Below, in pieces: positions 28,825 through 37,266 of a stretch of DNA of 64,000 bases; positions within the stretch are counted from its first letter, which is position 1, and the number at the start of each line of letters is the position of its first letter. The stretch is from an uncultured candidate division Zixibacteria bacterium. GTDB taxonomy: Bacteria; Zixibacteria; MSB-5A5; GN15; FEB-12. Under the pieces are notes generated by a model. The model was not told the origin of the DNA. It saw nothing but the letters and a program-made list of their open reading frames with translations, and did not search any database. Made by a program: the position numbers and the translations under genes. The stretch spans positions 96,001-160,000 of the forward strand of contig CAVTJJ010000004.1 of NCBI GenBank assembly GCA_963735035.1, in the 5' to 3' direction.

Positions 28825-29781
28825 ATGAGCAACTTCGCCATAGCCATACACGGGGGTGCCGGGACCATTCTTCGCACTGAACTGGCACCTGAGAAAGAGC
28901 AGGCTTTTCGCGACGGTCTCACTGACTCGCTGCGCGCTGGCTATGCGGTTCTTCGTGAAGGTGGCCGCGCGCTCGACGCGGTCCAGGCGGCGGTGGTCAG
29001 TATGGAAGAGAATCCGCTGTTCAACGCCGGCAAGGGGGCAGTGTTCACGCACGACGGCCTCAACGAGCAGGACGCCTGCATCATGGACGGTGCAACTCGC
29101 AATGTGGGCGCGGTCGCGGGCGTGCGACGGATCAAGAACCCGATTCTGCTCGCTAGATTGGTGTTCGAGAAGAGCGAGCATGTCCTGTTCTGCGGCGAAG
29201 GGGCCGAGAAGTTCGCCGTGGCCAACGGCATGACGCTGGTGGACGATCCCAAGTATTTTTGGACCGAGTTCCGTTGGAAACAACTACAAGCGGCGCTCGA
29301 ACGCGAGAAGCGTGAATCCAAAGCACACTCACGATTGGATCACTCGGATGATCGCGAGAAGACCGAGAAAACAGGCACCGTGGGCGCGGTGGCGCTCGAC
29401 CAGCATGGACACTTGGCGGCGGCGACTTCGACCGGCGGCATGACTAACAAACGCGACGGTCGTATCGGCGACACGCCGATCATTGGCGCAGGCACTTACG
29501 CCGACAATCGCACCTGCGCAGTCTCGGCAACGGGAGTCGGCGAGTACATCATGCGTAACGTGCTGGCGTATGACATCGCAGCGCTCATGGAGTACAAAGG
29601 GATGTCGTTGGTTGACGCCGCTGACCTCGCCGTAATGAACAAATTGACCGCACTCGGCGGTTTCGGCGGCGTGGTGGCGATTGATGGTGAAGGACACATC
29701 GCGATGCCGTTTAACAGCGAGGGCATGTACCGCGGCTCCATGCTCGCCGACGGCAAGATAGACACGGCGATATTTAAGTAA
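28825..29781 (+). CDS. iaaA: Isoaspartyl peptidase / plant-type L-asparaginase (Ntn hydrolase)
   Basis: IAIHGGAG, FNAGKG, GTVGAVA, ATSTGG, GRIGDTP. Confidence 0.93.
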   Translation: MSNFAIAIHGGAGTILRTELAPEKEQAFRDGLTDSLRAGYAVLREGGRALDAVQAAVVSMEENPLFNAGKGAVFTHDGLNEQDACIMDGATRNVGAVAGVRRIKNPILLARLVFEKSEHVLFCGEGAEKFAVANGMTLVDDPKYFWTEFRWKQLQAALEREKRESKAHSRLDHSDDREKTEKTGTVGAVALDQHGHLAAATSTGGMTNKRDGRIGDTPIIGAGTYADNRTCAVSATGVGEYIMRNVLAYDIAALMEYKGMSLVDAADLAVMNKLTALGGFGGVVAIDGEGHIAMPFNSEGMYRGSMLADGKIDTAIFK

Positions 29782-29805
29782 TGATACTTGCGTCGCTTCA
29801 TGATG

Positions 29806-29898
29806 ATCGGCAGGGTTCCATCCCTGTCGCAGAAAGCACGGCAGGCACAGAGGCCTGCCGATCATATGGTGGAAGCACGGCAGGCACAGAGGCCTGCC
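29806..29898. repeat. REP-like repeats (family E)
   Basis: aagcacggcaggcacagaggcctgcc twice; related to 15693-15847. Confidence 0.75.
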
Positions 29899-29933
29899 TA
29901 TCATAACGTGACGATTCGTTTGCAATAGCAATT

Positions 29934-30833
29934 ATGGCCACTGATTACAGACAATACCTCCAGCCCGACACCGTCTCCAAACTCAAGGGGATGGAGCTCA
30001 AAGCCCGCATGGTGGTCGAGGGATTCATAGCAGGTCTGCACAAGTCGCCGTATCACGGCTTCTCGGTCGAGTTCGCCGAACACCGTCAGTACATGCCGGG
30101 CGACAACATCCATGACATCGACTGGAAAGTGTACGCCAAGACCGACCGGTATTACATCAAACAGTACGAAGAAGAAACGAACCTCAAGGCCTACCTGCTG
30201 CTCGACTGCTCGGCGTCGATGCGCTATCACTCCGGCAGCCAGGTCAGCAAGTTCGACTACGCCGGGATGTTGTGCGGCGCGCTCAGCTATATGATGCTGC
30301 GTCAGCGCGACGCGGTTGGAGTCGTGACGTTCGACCGGAAGATACGACGTTACGTCCCACCCCGCTCGAAGCAGGGCCATCTTCATGATCTGCTGATCGA
30401 GATCGCCAACCAGCAGCCGTCGGACGAGACCGATATCGCGGTTGCCTTGCACGAAATGGCCGAGCGGATCAAACGTCGCGGACTCGTGATCATTATGTCT
30501 GATCTGTTGGACGACGCCGATAAGATTATCTCGGGTCTGAAACATTTCCGTCACCAGGGTCACGAAGTGATCGTCTTTCACATTCTCGATCCGCGCGAGC
30601 GCGATTTCAATTTTGGTGGTGAGGCGATGTTCAAGGATATGGAGACGGGGGAGGAGATGTCGACGTCGCCGTATCAGATGAAGCAGGCGTATGCGAAGGC
30701 GGTGACGGAGTTCGCGGAGACGATTGGTTCGGCATGTCGGCAGTCGAACATCGATTTTCATCCGATCGACACGGCGATGCCGTTCGACCAGGCGCTGTAC
30801 GCCTTCCTGGCGAAGCGCGAGCGGTTGTACTGA
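29934..30833 (+). CDS. DUF58 domain (vWA-like) protein, MoxR partner
   Basis: GLHKSPYHGFSVEFAEHRQY.PGD...IDWKVYA, D.S.SM. Confidence 0.93.
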   Translation: MATDYRQYLQPDTVSKLKGMELKARMVVEGFIAGLHKSPYHGFSVEFAEHRQYMPGDNIHDIDWKVYAKTDRYYIKQYEEETNLKAYLLLDCSASMRYHSGSQVSKFDYAGMLCGALSYMMLRQRDAVGVVTFDRKIRRYVPPRSKQGHLHDLLIEIANQQPSDETDIAVALHEMAERIKRRGLVIIMSDLLDDADKIISGLKHFRHQGHEVIVFHILDPRERDFNFGGEAMFKDMETGEEMSTSPYQMKQAYAKAVTEFAETIGSACRQSNIDFHPIDTAMPFDQALYAFLAKRERLY

Positions 30834-30854
30834 GGCGGTATATACGCCGTCAGG

Positions 30855-31940
30855 TCACAGAAGCGAACAGAGCTTGACGAACAGATAGATCGGTGCGAAA
30901 AGCCCGGCGCTGAGTGTATTCTGCAGCACTGTTCGCCGATTGATGTAAACCATCGGCGAGCCTGGCGACGTCATTCCCTCGAAATGCATACTAATCCTGA
31001 ATTCGCGAATGTCGTCACCACTGCTAAAGGAGTACATTGTACCGAGTTTTGTTCTTGAACTGGACAGGAAGGTAAATAACGCTTCACCCTTATGGAACCC
31101 ACCAAGGTATGTGTTGTAAGTATAGGTAAAGCGCTCGTACTTCGTCTCCATCACCAATCCTGCGCTAACACCTCGGGTGCTGGTCGTCACCGTGTCCGGC
31201 CCCCGTGACGTCCTCACTCCGTGAAGGACAGCCGCAACAAAGGGTGAAGGCCACATCCGATCCCTCCCGCCGTATTGATATCGTCCACCTACGGACAACT
31301 CCATCACGGTTCGGTCATGGAATTCGCCGTGTCCGGTTCTTATCGCTCCAATTAGTGTGCCGGTGAACTTGTCTCCATAGGAGAGCCCCCCAAAGGCGAG
31401 GTCCACACCGTCTAGATTATGGGACACGAAATCCTGGTTCCGGGCGCGGAGTCGATTCCAATTGGCATAACCGAACTCGAACAGCAGGCCGTATCCGTTG
31501 GGGGTCTTCAGCGGATATTGGAGCGAGTACGGGCGGCTCCTGTTGCTCCAGTGCCCTCTCGACGTATATACATTGACCCAGTACTGGGAAAGACTACTGT
31601 CTGCATTGATGTATGCGAGCCTGCCCTTAAGATAAGGTGAGTCGTTGGACGTGTCAGACTTCCGCGCGGGATATTGATCGGCCACGATTTTCTGACTACT
31701 GAACAACAGGGAGTCGACACCCAAGATGTCTTCGCCATGTCCCAAGGCGATGGATAGGGAGTCGACAGTCGCCCCCCTTCCGTTCGCAACCAGTTCATAT
31801 TCCACCATGAGTGTGTCAGCGTCTCGGTGCGACCTCATCTCCCCGTACACAATCGGCGGCGGTGGTTGGCAACCTACTACACCTGTGACTACAAGGAGAC
31901 AGACAATGAACAGGTGTATCTTATTCGAGGACAATCGCAT
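30855..31940 (-). CDS. Hypothetical lipoprotein, possible C-terminal beta-barrel
   Basis: Lipobox-like VVGC after a hydrophobic stretch; alternating aromatic/Gly strands; start 31940 or 31961. Confidence 0.6.
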   Translation of the reverse strand: MRLSSNKIHLFIVCLLVVTGVVGCQPPPPIVYGEMRSHRDADTLMVEYELVANGRGATVDSLSIALGHGEDILGVDSLLFSSQKIVADQYPARKSDTSNDSPYLKGRLAYINADSSLSQYWVNVYTSRGHWSNRSRPYSLQYPLKTPNGYGLLFEFGYANWNRLRARNQDFVSHNLDGVDLAFGGLSYGDKFTGTLIGAIRTGHGEFHDRTVMELSVGGRYQYGGRDRMWPSPFVAAVLHGVRTSRGPDTVTTSTRGVSAGLVMETKYERFTYTYNTYLGGFHKGEALFTFLSSSRTKLGTMYSFSSGDDIREFRISMHFEGMTSPGSPMVYINRRTVLQNTLSAGLFAPIYLFVKLCSLL

Positions 31941-31968
31941 TACCGTCCCTTCATCATACAACCCCCCC

Positions 31969-33594
31969 CTACTTCACCAGCATCGCACTGACGGTCTTTG
32001 GGAGATCGTCGAAAACAACCCTGAAGAAATAGACCCCGGACGGGACACCCTTCGCATCCCAGACCAGGTTCATTTCACCCGGCCCGGCCTTACCGTCGTA
32101 TACCACACCCACCGCTTGCCCCAATAAGTTGAACACCTCAACCCGCAGGTGTCCCTTGTGATCTACGCTAATCGGTATGGTCACAGTCGGGTTGAAGGGA
32201 TTCGGGTAGGGTTGGCCAAGAGTGAAGGTTTCCGGCAGCACCGCCGGAGCGTTGATTTCAACATCGGTTGCGTCATCTATTCCGAAAATCCGGAGTTTTG
32301 TTCCATCGGCTACAACCAGGTAGTCAGGGCCCATAGACGAGGGATCTCCGTCGCCGAATGGGCGCAGCCAATACATGGGGGCCAAGGGAAGGGATGTATA
32401 TGAATCAATCAAATGTCCATCAAGACCGCTGAGATCAGAAAACGTTTGCTGGTTGACCGTAAAGAAATGTCCCGGGAACCGTGGGTGATAGTAGCAGCGA
32501 TAATCGTTCGAAAGCAGGTCGCTTCGCCAGACCTCTGCAAGCGAGTCCGGATTTACAAATCGGTACATGATCAAGCTGTTGCCGGACTCGTCGTAGATTA
32601 ACGTGTCCTTCCAATTGGGAAGGGAATCGCGACACACCTGGCGGCGGTAACTGGTAGCCAGAACCTCGGTTTCCGGAGTCGCTGAAATCATATCACCTGC
32701 ACACTGGTAGTTCAGCAAATTAATGACGTACGTGGATTTTGTGCCGTGACACATCAGCGGCATCGTGTCCGTTTCTTGTTGAAGAGTGGACCCGTATGTA
32801 TCGAGCAGTTCCATGCTACCGCTAAACGACCGAATATCGCCGCTCGGGTAATACGTTTCAGCTGACGATTTGACAGAGGCAATGAGCCTGCTGCCGATTC
32901 GCTGTAGTGGAGTGCCTAGATATCTGGACACCTGGAACGGCCAGACGTCATAGCGCACACTCGGGAAGGAGTAATAGATAAAAGTACGACCCTTCGCGTC
33001 ATAAAGGTGGAATGGAATGGGCGGCAACGAATCCAAGCCCACGAATACCTCGTCGTAACCGTCCGCATTCAAATCCAACGCCGTCAAAGCGCCGTCGTAG
33101 GCAGATTGCGAAGGCCCATATTGTCCCGCGTAGGCGACTACTGAGACATGCCGAGCCGGGCTGACAATGTTGTCGATAAACAACATGTAGTATTGCATTG
33201 ACTGCGCGCTGCAGTTGCGGTCAGGTGTAGCCAACAACAACATCGCGTCAGCCGCGCCATCTCGGTTAACGTCGCCAAGCCAAATCCCTATCGGATCGGG
33301 GTAACAACCGGACTGCAACCCCACGGCGGCCTGCATGACCGAATCATAGTCGATTCGGAAGAGCAATGTATCGCCGTTGGGCGAGTAGAGTGAAAGATAC
33401 GGGGAGCTCGCTGCCAGAAACTCCGGGATGCCGTCGCCGTCGACATCTTTGAATGCGATCTGCTTGATAGGATTGCCGGCGCCAGTCACTGTTATTGTCT
33501 TGACTTCCACCAATTCCAGAGCGTTGAGACTCGCAGCCGCCACGAAGAGTGAAGCCGTTTGCAGCAGAACGTTTATGATTCTCCGCATTCTCAT
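31969..33594 (-). CDS. Secreted protein with FG-GAP-like DxxGDG motifs and T9SS-type (PNPFNP) C-terminal domain
   Basis: Signal peptide, DVDGDGIPE, GDVNRDG, DLNADGYDE; LGQPYPNPFNP...SGVYF...MLVK. Confidence 0.85.
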   Translation of the reverse strand: MRMRRIINVLLQTASLFVAAASLNALELVEVKTITVTGAGNPIKQIAFKDVDGDGIPEFLAASSPYLSLYSPNGDTLLFRIDYDSVMQAAVGLQSGCYPDPIGIWLGDVNRDGAADAMLLLATPDRNCSAQSMQYYMLFIDNIVSPARHVSVVAYAGQYGPSQSAYDGALTALDLNADGYDEVFVGLDSLPPIPFHLYDAKGRTFIYYSFPSVRYDVWPFQVSRYLGTPLQRIGSRLIASVKSSAETYYPSGDIRSFSGSMELLDTYGSTLQQETDTMPLMCHGTKSTYVINLLNYQCAGDMISATPETEVLATSYRRQVCRDSLPNWKDTLIYDESGNSLIMYRFVNPDSLAEVWRSDLLSNDYRCYYHPRFPGHFFTVNQQTFSDLSGLDGHLIDSYTSLPLAPMYWLRPFGDGDPSSMGPDYLVVADGTKLRIFGIDDATDVEINAPAVLPETFTLGQPYPNPFNPTVTIPISVDHKGHLRVEVFNLLGQAVGVVYDGKAGPGEMNLVWDAKGVPSGVYFFRVVFDDLPKTVSAMLVK

Positions 33595-33631
33595 AAAGAT
33601 CTCCGTATGCTTTGACGACATGTTCTGTTAG

Positions 33632-33659
33632 AATATAGTTGATGCATCCTGTATGTCAA
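33632..33659 (-). promoter_or_regulatory. Sigma70-type promoter
   Basis: TTGACA-16 bp-TATATT on the minus strand upstream of 33594. Confidence 0.55.
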
Positions 33660-33720
33660 TGACGATTGAGACCTGCATTCAGCCAGTTAGTCGCAAAGTT
33701 ACTTTCGTCTCGAGCACTCA

Positions 33721-35301
33721 CTACTTAACCAACACCGCTTTGGTGGTTTTCGTCTCTTCGCCCAATGTCGCTTTGATCAGATAAACCCCAGATCCGAATT
33801 CGCTCGCATCCCAGGACAACACGAGTTCACCCGGTGCGGAAATCGCATCATGCAATGTCGCCACGCGCTGGCCGAGCGGGTTGAACACCTCTACCCGCAG
33901 GTGTCCCTTGCGATGCAATGTCACTGGTATGGTCACGGTCGGGTTGAACGGGTTCGGATATGGCTGGCCGAGAGTGAACTGATCGGGCAGCACAAGTCCA
34001 GGATCGTCTTGGATCCCCGTGGGTATCCGGGATAGGGCATAGAAACTCAAAGTGCGCCCGTTACAGAAAGCGGCCACGTAAGGGAGATCGACCTGAAGCT
34101 GAACATATCCGACCCAGGCGCCGGTGATTGGTTCCTTCGGCTCATCTATGACTTGCAGAGTAGCCGCGTCTCGCAGCCTGATTTTGCCGTTATCGAGCGA
34201 TAGGATAGCGTCGGCAAAACGGGAGTCAACAAACACTTGGTCGATAGACGTATCGCATGGCATCTCTTCGCTGATCGTCACCCAGTTGACCGGATCGAGG
34301 AGATTGAACAGCACCAGTTGACCTTCATGAGCCGAGCACCAGGAGGAGGGACCGGCCACGGAGAAAGAGTAGGCCGCGTACATGACCATTTCGAGGCCGG
34401 GCGTTTCGGGCAGAATGTCGCCGGCGGCGATGCTCAGGAGGTTCGCCCCGTACTCGTAGTCATTGTACATCCAGCCATCATTGTCGCACCTGACCAGCGA
34501 CTCGAATCCCCGGCCATTCAGAGTTCCGTCGGCGCCTTCAACGTGTACCGTGAAACTGGAATACCGTCTACTGCCGCTGCCGTGATGGGAAGGATCATAG
34601 AATCTGCCCGAGGTGACTGATATGGTGCTGATCCCGCCTTCGCTGTTCGCGGAAGTGTAGAACGGTGAGAGATCCTGTGGCAATTGAGCGGGTAGGGAGA
34701 TGGCGGCCGACGCAATGTCATAGCACACGGGTGAATAGTAGTAGGTTCTATACGGTTCCGTCTGCCAGGGGTCCTCCCAGTACTCTTCAACGTAGTAGTA
34801 GCGTGCATACAACTCACGTTGTCCGTCCCGGTCGGCGTCGGCAAAGTAGAGGCGGTCCATGGAGTATGCGCGGCTGGAGTCAAGTCCCGGCACGGAGTAT
34901 ACCGTGTCCGGAGCCAGATAAGCGTCCGCGCCGTAGTGAACAATCAGTGCAAAGGTGTCGTTGGCTTCCCCCGGAATAAGCACCGCCTCGGCGACGTCCA
35001 GGCGGTCGTCGCCGTCGACGTACTCCGCCCTGTAGAGCCGGGTAAGACCATCAGTGGCATACCTGAAGAAATCAAGAACACGCTTTTCTTTGAGAGAGTA
35101 GGTTACTATAGGATTGGCGTTCAAAATGAGCAGCTCGGAATATCCATCCCCGTTAACATCGCGTATTTCTATCCCACCGGCGATGTTAACGCTGTCCGGT
35201 ACTGCAACCTCTAACCCTAATTCCGGGTGGATTTCTGCGAAGGCCGGTGCTACAAGCACCAGAAGAAGCATACTTAATGACAACCTAAGAACACGAGTCA
35301 C
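33721..35301 (-). CDS. Secreted paralogue with FG-GAP-like motifs and T9SS-type C-terminal domain
   Basis: GGAGG RBS, signal peptide, DVNGDGYSE, DADRDGQRE; LGQPYPNPFNP...SGVYL...VLVK. Confidence 0.85.
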   Translation of the reverse strand: MTRVLRLSLSMLLLVLVAPAFAEIHPELGLEVAVPDSVNIAGGIEIRDVNGDGYSELLILNANPIVTYSLKEKRVLDFFRYATDGLTRLYRAEYVDGDDRLDVAEAVLIPGEANDTFALIVHYGADAYLAPDTVYSVPGLDSSRAYSMDRLYFADADRDGQRELYARYYYVEEYWEDPWQTEPYRTYYYSPVCYDIASAAISLPAQLPQDLSPFYTSANSEGGISTISVTSGRFYDPSHHGSGSRRYSSFTVHVEGADGTLNGRGFESLVRCDNDGWMYNDYEYGANLLSIAAGDILPETPGLEMVMYAAYSFSVAGPSSWCSAHEGQLVLFNLLDPVNWVTISEEMPCDTSIDQVFVDSRFADAILSLDNGKIRLRDAATLQVIDEPKEPITGAWVGYVQLQVDLPYVAAFCNGRTLSFYALSRIPTGIQDDPGLVLPDQFTLGQPYPNPFNPTVTIPVTLHRKGHLRVEVFNPLGQRVATLHDAISAPGELVLSWDASEFGSGVYLIKATLGEETKTTKAVLVK

Positions 35302-35377
35302 GGTCAACCTCCCTTGGACTCTATTGTATCAAGATAAGTAAATTGACAATTCTGTCAACGCAAAAGAGGGCGACAAA

Positions 35378-35407
35378 CCGGCAGATGTGGGCATCTGCCG
35401 GGCACTC
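35378..35407. repeat. Palindromic repeat (family F)
   Basis: ccggcagatgtgggcatctgccgggcactc; 29/30 identical to 36095-36124. Confidence 0.8.
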
Positions 35408-35497
35408 TATATGTGGGTCCCATACGGATGCTGTGCGCGGCACACGTCCTCGTGTGCCCGCGTTGGGGCAGACCAGGAGGTCTGCCGCTCACTGAAT

Positions 35498-35956
35498 CTA
35501 CCACTTGTATCGCAATTTCGGGCCGGTGTGAACAAACCCCTCACGAAGATAGAAATCGACCGTCCGCTGCCATTTCGTTCCGAGCGGTGCTGTCACGTCG
35601 ATCCGTCTCCAGCTATGCGCATTACCGAATTCCTTCACCCGCTCCAACAGCATGCGGCCAACCTGCCTACTTCGATACTCTGGCGTGACATATAGCTCAT
35701 CGATTACGCCGTAACTTCCGCCTGCATAGATCGCGAATGTCTCCGTGAGGGTGATGATGCCTACCGCGTTGTCGTCGTCGGTCTTTGCGATGAATGCGGT
35801 GAAGTGATCGGAGTTCCTATGCCAGTCGGCAAGTATCTTTGATCGGTCTAGTCCGTGGAACTCGTCGTCGTCATCGCTTAGCTCAGACAACAGCAGGCTG
35901 ACCAGATCTAAGACCCGGTCAGCCTGCGTGATATCTACTTGTTCGATTTGGATCAT
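35498..35956 (-). CDS. GNAT family N-acetyltransferase
   Basis: IDELYVTPEYRSRQVGRMLL and FY.REGF motifs. Confidence 0.9.
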   Translation of the reverse strand: MIQIEQVDITQADRVLDLVSLLLSELSDDDDEFHGLDRSKILADWHRNSDHFTAFIAKTDDDNAVGIITLTETFAIYAGGSYGVIDELYVTPEYRSRQVGRMLLERVKEFGNAHSWRRIDVTAPLGTKWQRTVDFYLREGFVHTGPKLRYKW

Positions 35957-36013
35957 GCCCGTAATTCCAACGCCATTCTTGCGGTATGGACTATTGAAGA
36001 TGTCTGTCAATTT

Positions 36014-36173
36014 GTCATTGCGAGCGGAGATGGCCCGACGCAAGTCGGGTCATCGTAGCGTGGCAATCTCATAATTCAGCAGCATCAATACGAGCCGGCA
36101 GATGTGGACATCTGCCGGGCACTCGACAATCATCGAGATCGCCACGGCCAGCCGCAGCGGGCCTCGCGATGAC
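36014..36173. repeat. Composite REP cluster (family D inverted pair enclosing family F)
   Basis: gtcattgcgag...gcaatctc (36014-36070), family F (36095-36124), gagatcgccac...cgcgatgac (36135-36173). Confidence 0.78.
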
Positions 36174-36185
36174 TGGTCTGCGAAC

Positions 36186-37118
36186 TCACGTTCGGCTCAT
36201 CAACAGAAACTTGACTACAGTCTGAATAAAGGTCGCATCATCGGTCGGCAAAGGTGCGCTCTCGATTTTGCCACCCCCGCCTTGTTGCATGAATGCAGTC
36301 ATTGCCGGGTCCGCGAGATTGTCGTTCGAATCGAGGATCAAGATATGTCCCAACGGCGGTCTCAGAGTCTCGATGCTTCGATACTGCGGTGCATATCCGG
36401 AACGCAATTCATACCAGAACTTGAAAAGGGTGTGGGGGAACGGGATCCAGAACATCCCATGTTCTTTCATCAAGACACTCAGCCAGCGATCACTCGTGAT
36501 ATACGGCTGCACCGCCACCACGGCGTCGAAGTGTTCTTCTTCCGCCGACACCAGCAGAACTGCGTCGGCGCCGGTCTGCCGCCCCACCGCCACCAGCGGC
36601 CGGCGAAGGCGGTCGCGAATCCGAAGATACGCGAGAACTTCGTTCAGATCGCCGCCCTCATATTCTCCGTCGCTCCGATAAGCCGCGGTAGAAATTCCGC
36701 TCGCCCGCTGGTCATACAGACAGACCGCCCAGCCGGAGTCGAGCAACGCCTTCGCGAGAGGGATCATCGAAGTTCGGTCAGCGCCGTCCGCATGTAGCAG
36801 TATCGCCGTGCCTCGAGGAGTCGCCGTCTGACCGAGGGTGTCCGAGGTCGGTTGCGGCGCCAAATAGATGCAGGCCAGATCGGTCAGGCCGTCGGCGTCC
36901 ACTCGAAAGGTGTCGATTGCGGCGCCCAGGGGAAGGAACGCGGACACATCGTTGGGCCGGGTGGAATCGGCTTGATAGGTGCTCATATCCGGGCGGCCGA
37001 GGTAGGCTTTCGTGCGGGTGAGGGGGTAGGTTACGAAGACGAGAATCAACCCGACCACGACTATTACGAAGACGACCACCTGGATTATTTCTTTGACATT
37101 TTGCGACATCTTGGCCAT
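36186..37118 (-). CDS. Membrane-anchored alpha/beta-hydrolase-fold protein with degenerate nucleophile motif
   Basis: N-terminal TM; ILLHA, YDQRASG.S; nucleophile elbow reads GRQTG instead of GxSxG. Confidence 0.75.
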   Translation of the reverse strand: MAKMSQNVKEIIQVVVFVIVVVGLILVFVTYPLTRTKAYLGRPDMSTYQADSTRPNDVSAFLPLGAAIDTFRVDADGLTDLACIYLAPQPTSDTLGQTATPRGTAILLHADGADRTSMIPLAKALLDSGWAVCLYDQRASGISTAAYRSDGEYEGGDLNEVLAYLRIRDRLRRPLVAVGRQTGADAVLLVSAEEEHFDAVVAVQPYITSDRWLSVLMKEHGMFWIPFPHTLFKFWYELRSGYAPQYRSIETLRPPLGHILILDSNDNLADPAMTAFMQQGGGGKIESAPLPTDDATFIQTVVKFLLMSRT

Positions 37119-37207
37119 GCATCTAACTCCTGATAGATTAGAAAGTTATGATAGAGGATCGCGACCGAGAGTCAAGTGTAAACTGTGCCACCTGTGTGGC
37201 GGAACTC

Positions 37208-37236
37208 TTGACAGCAGGTGCCACAGGGACTATAAT
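37208..37236 (+). promoter_or_regulatory. Consensus sigma70 promoter
   Basis: Perfect TTGACA-17 bp-TATAAT 30 bp upstream of 37267. Confidence 0.8.
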
Positions 37237-37266
37237 ACCTAAGTACACAAAAATAGGAGACAGGGT

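Noticed and set aside
26623..30761. Long minus-strand ORFs (26623-27489, 29329-29931, 29901-30761)
   Set aside because: Shadows of well-supported plus-strand genes in GC-rich DNA.
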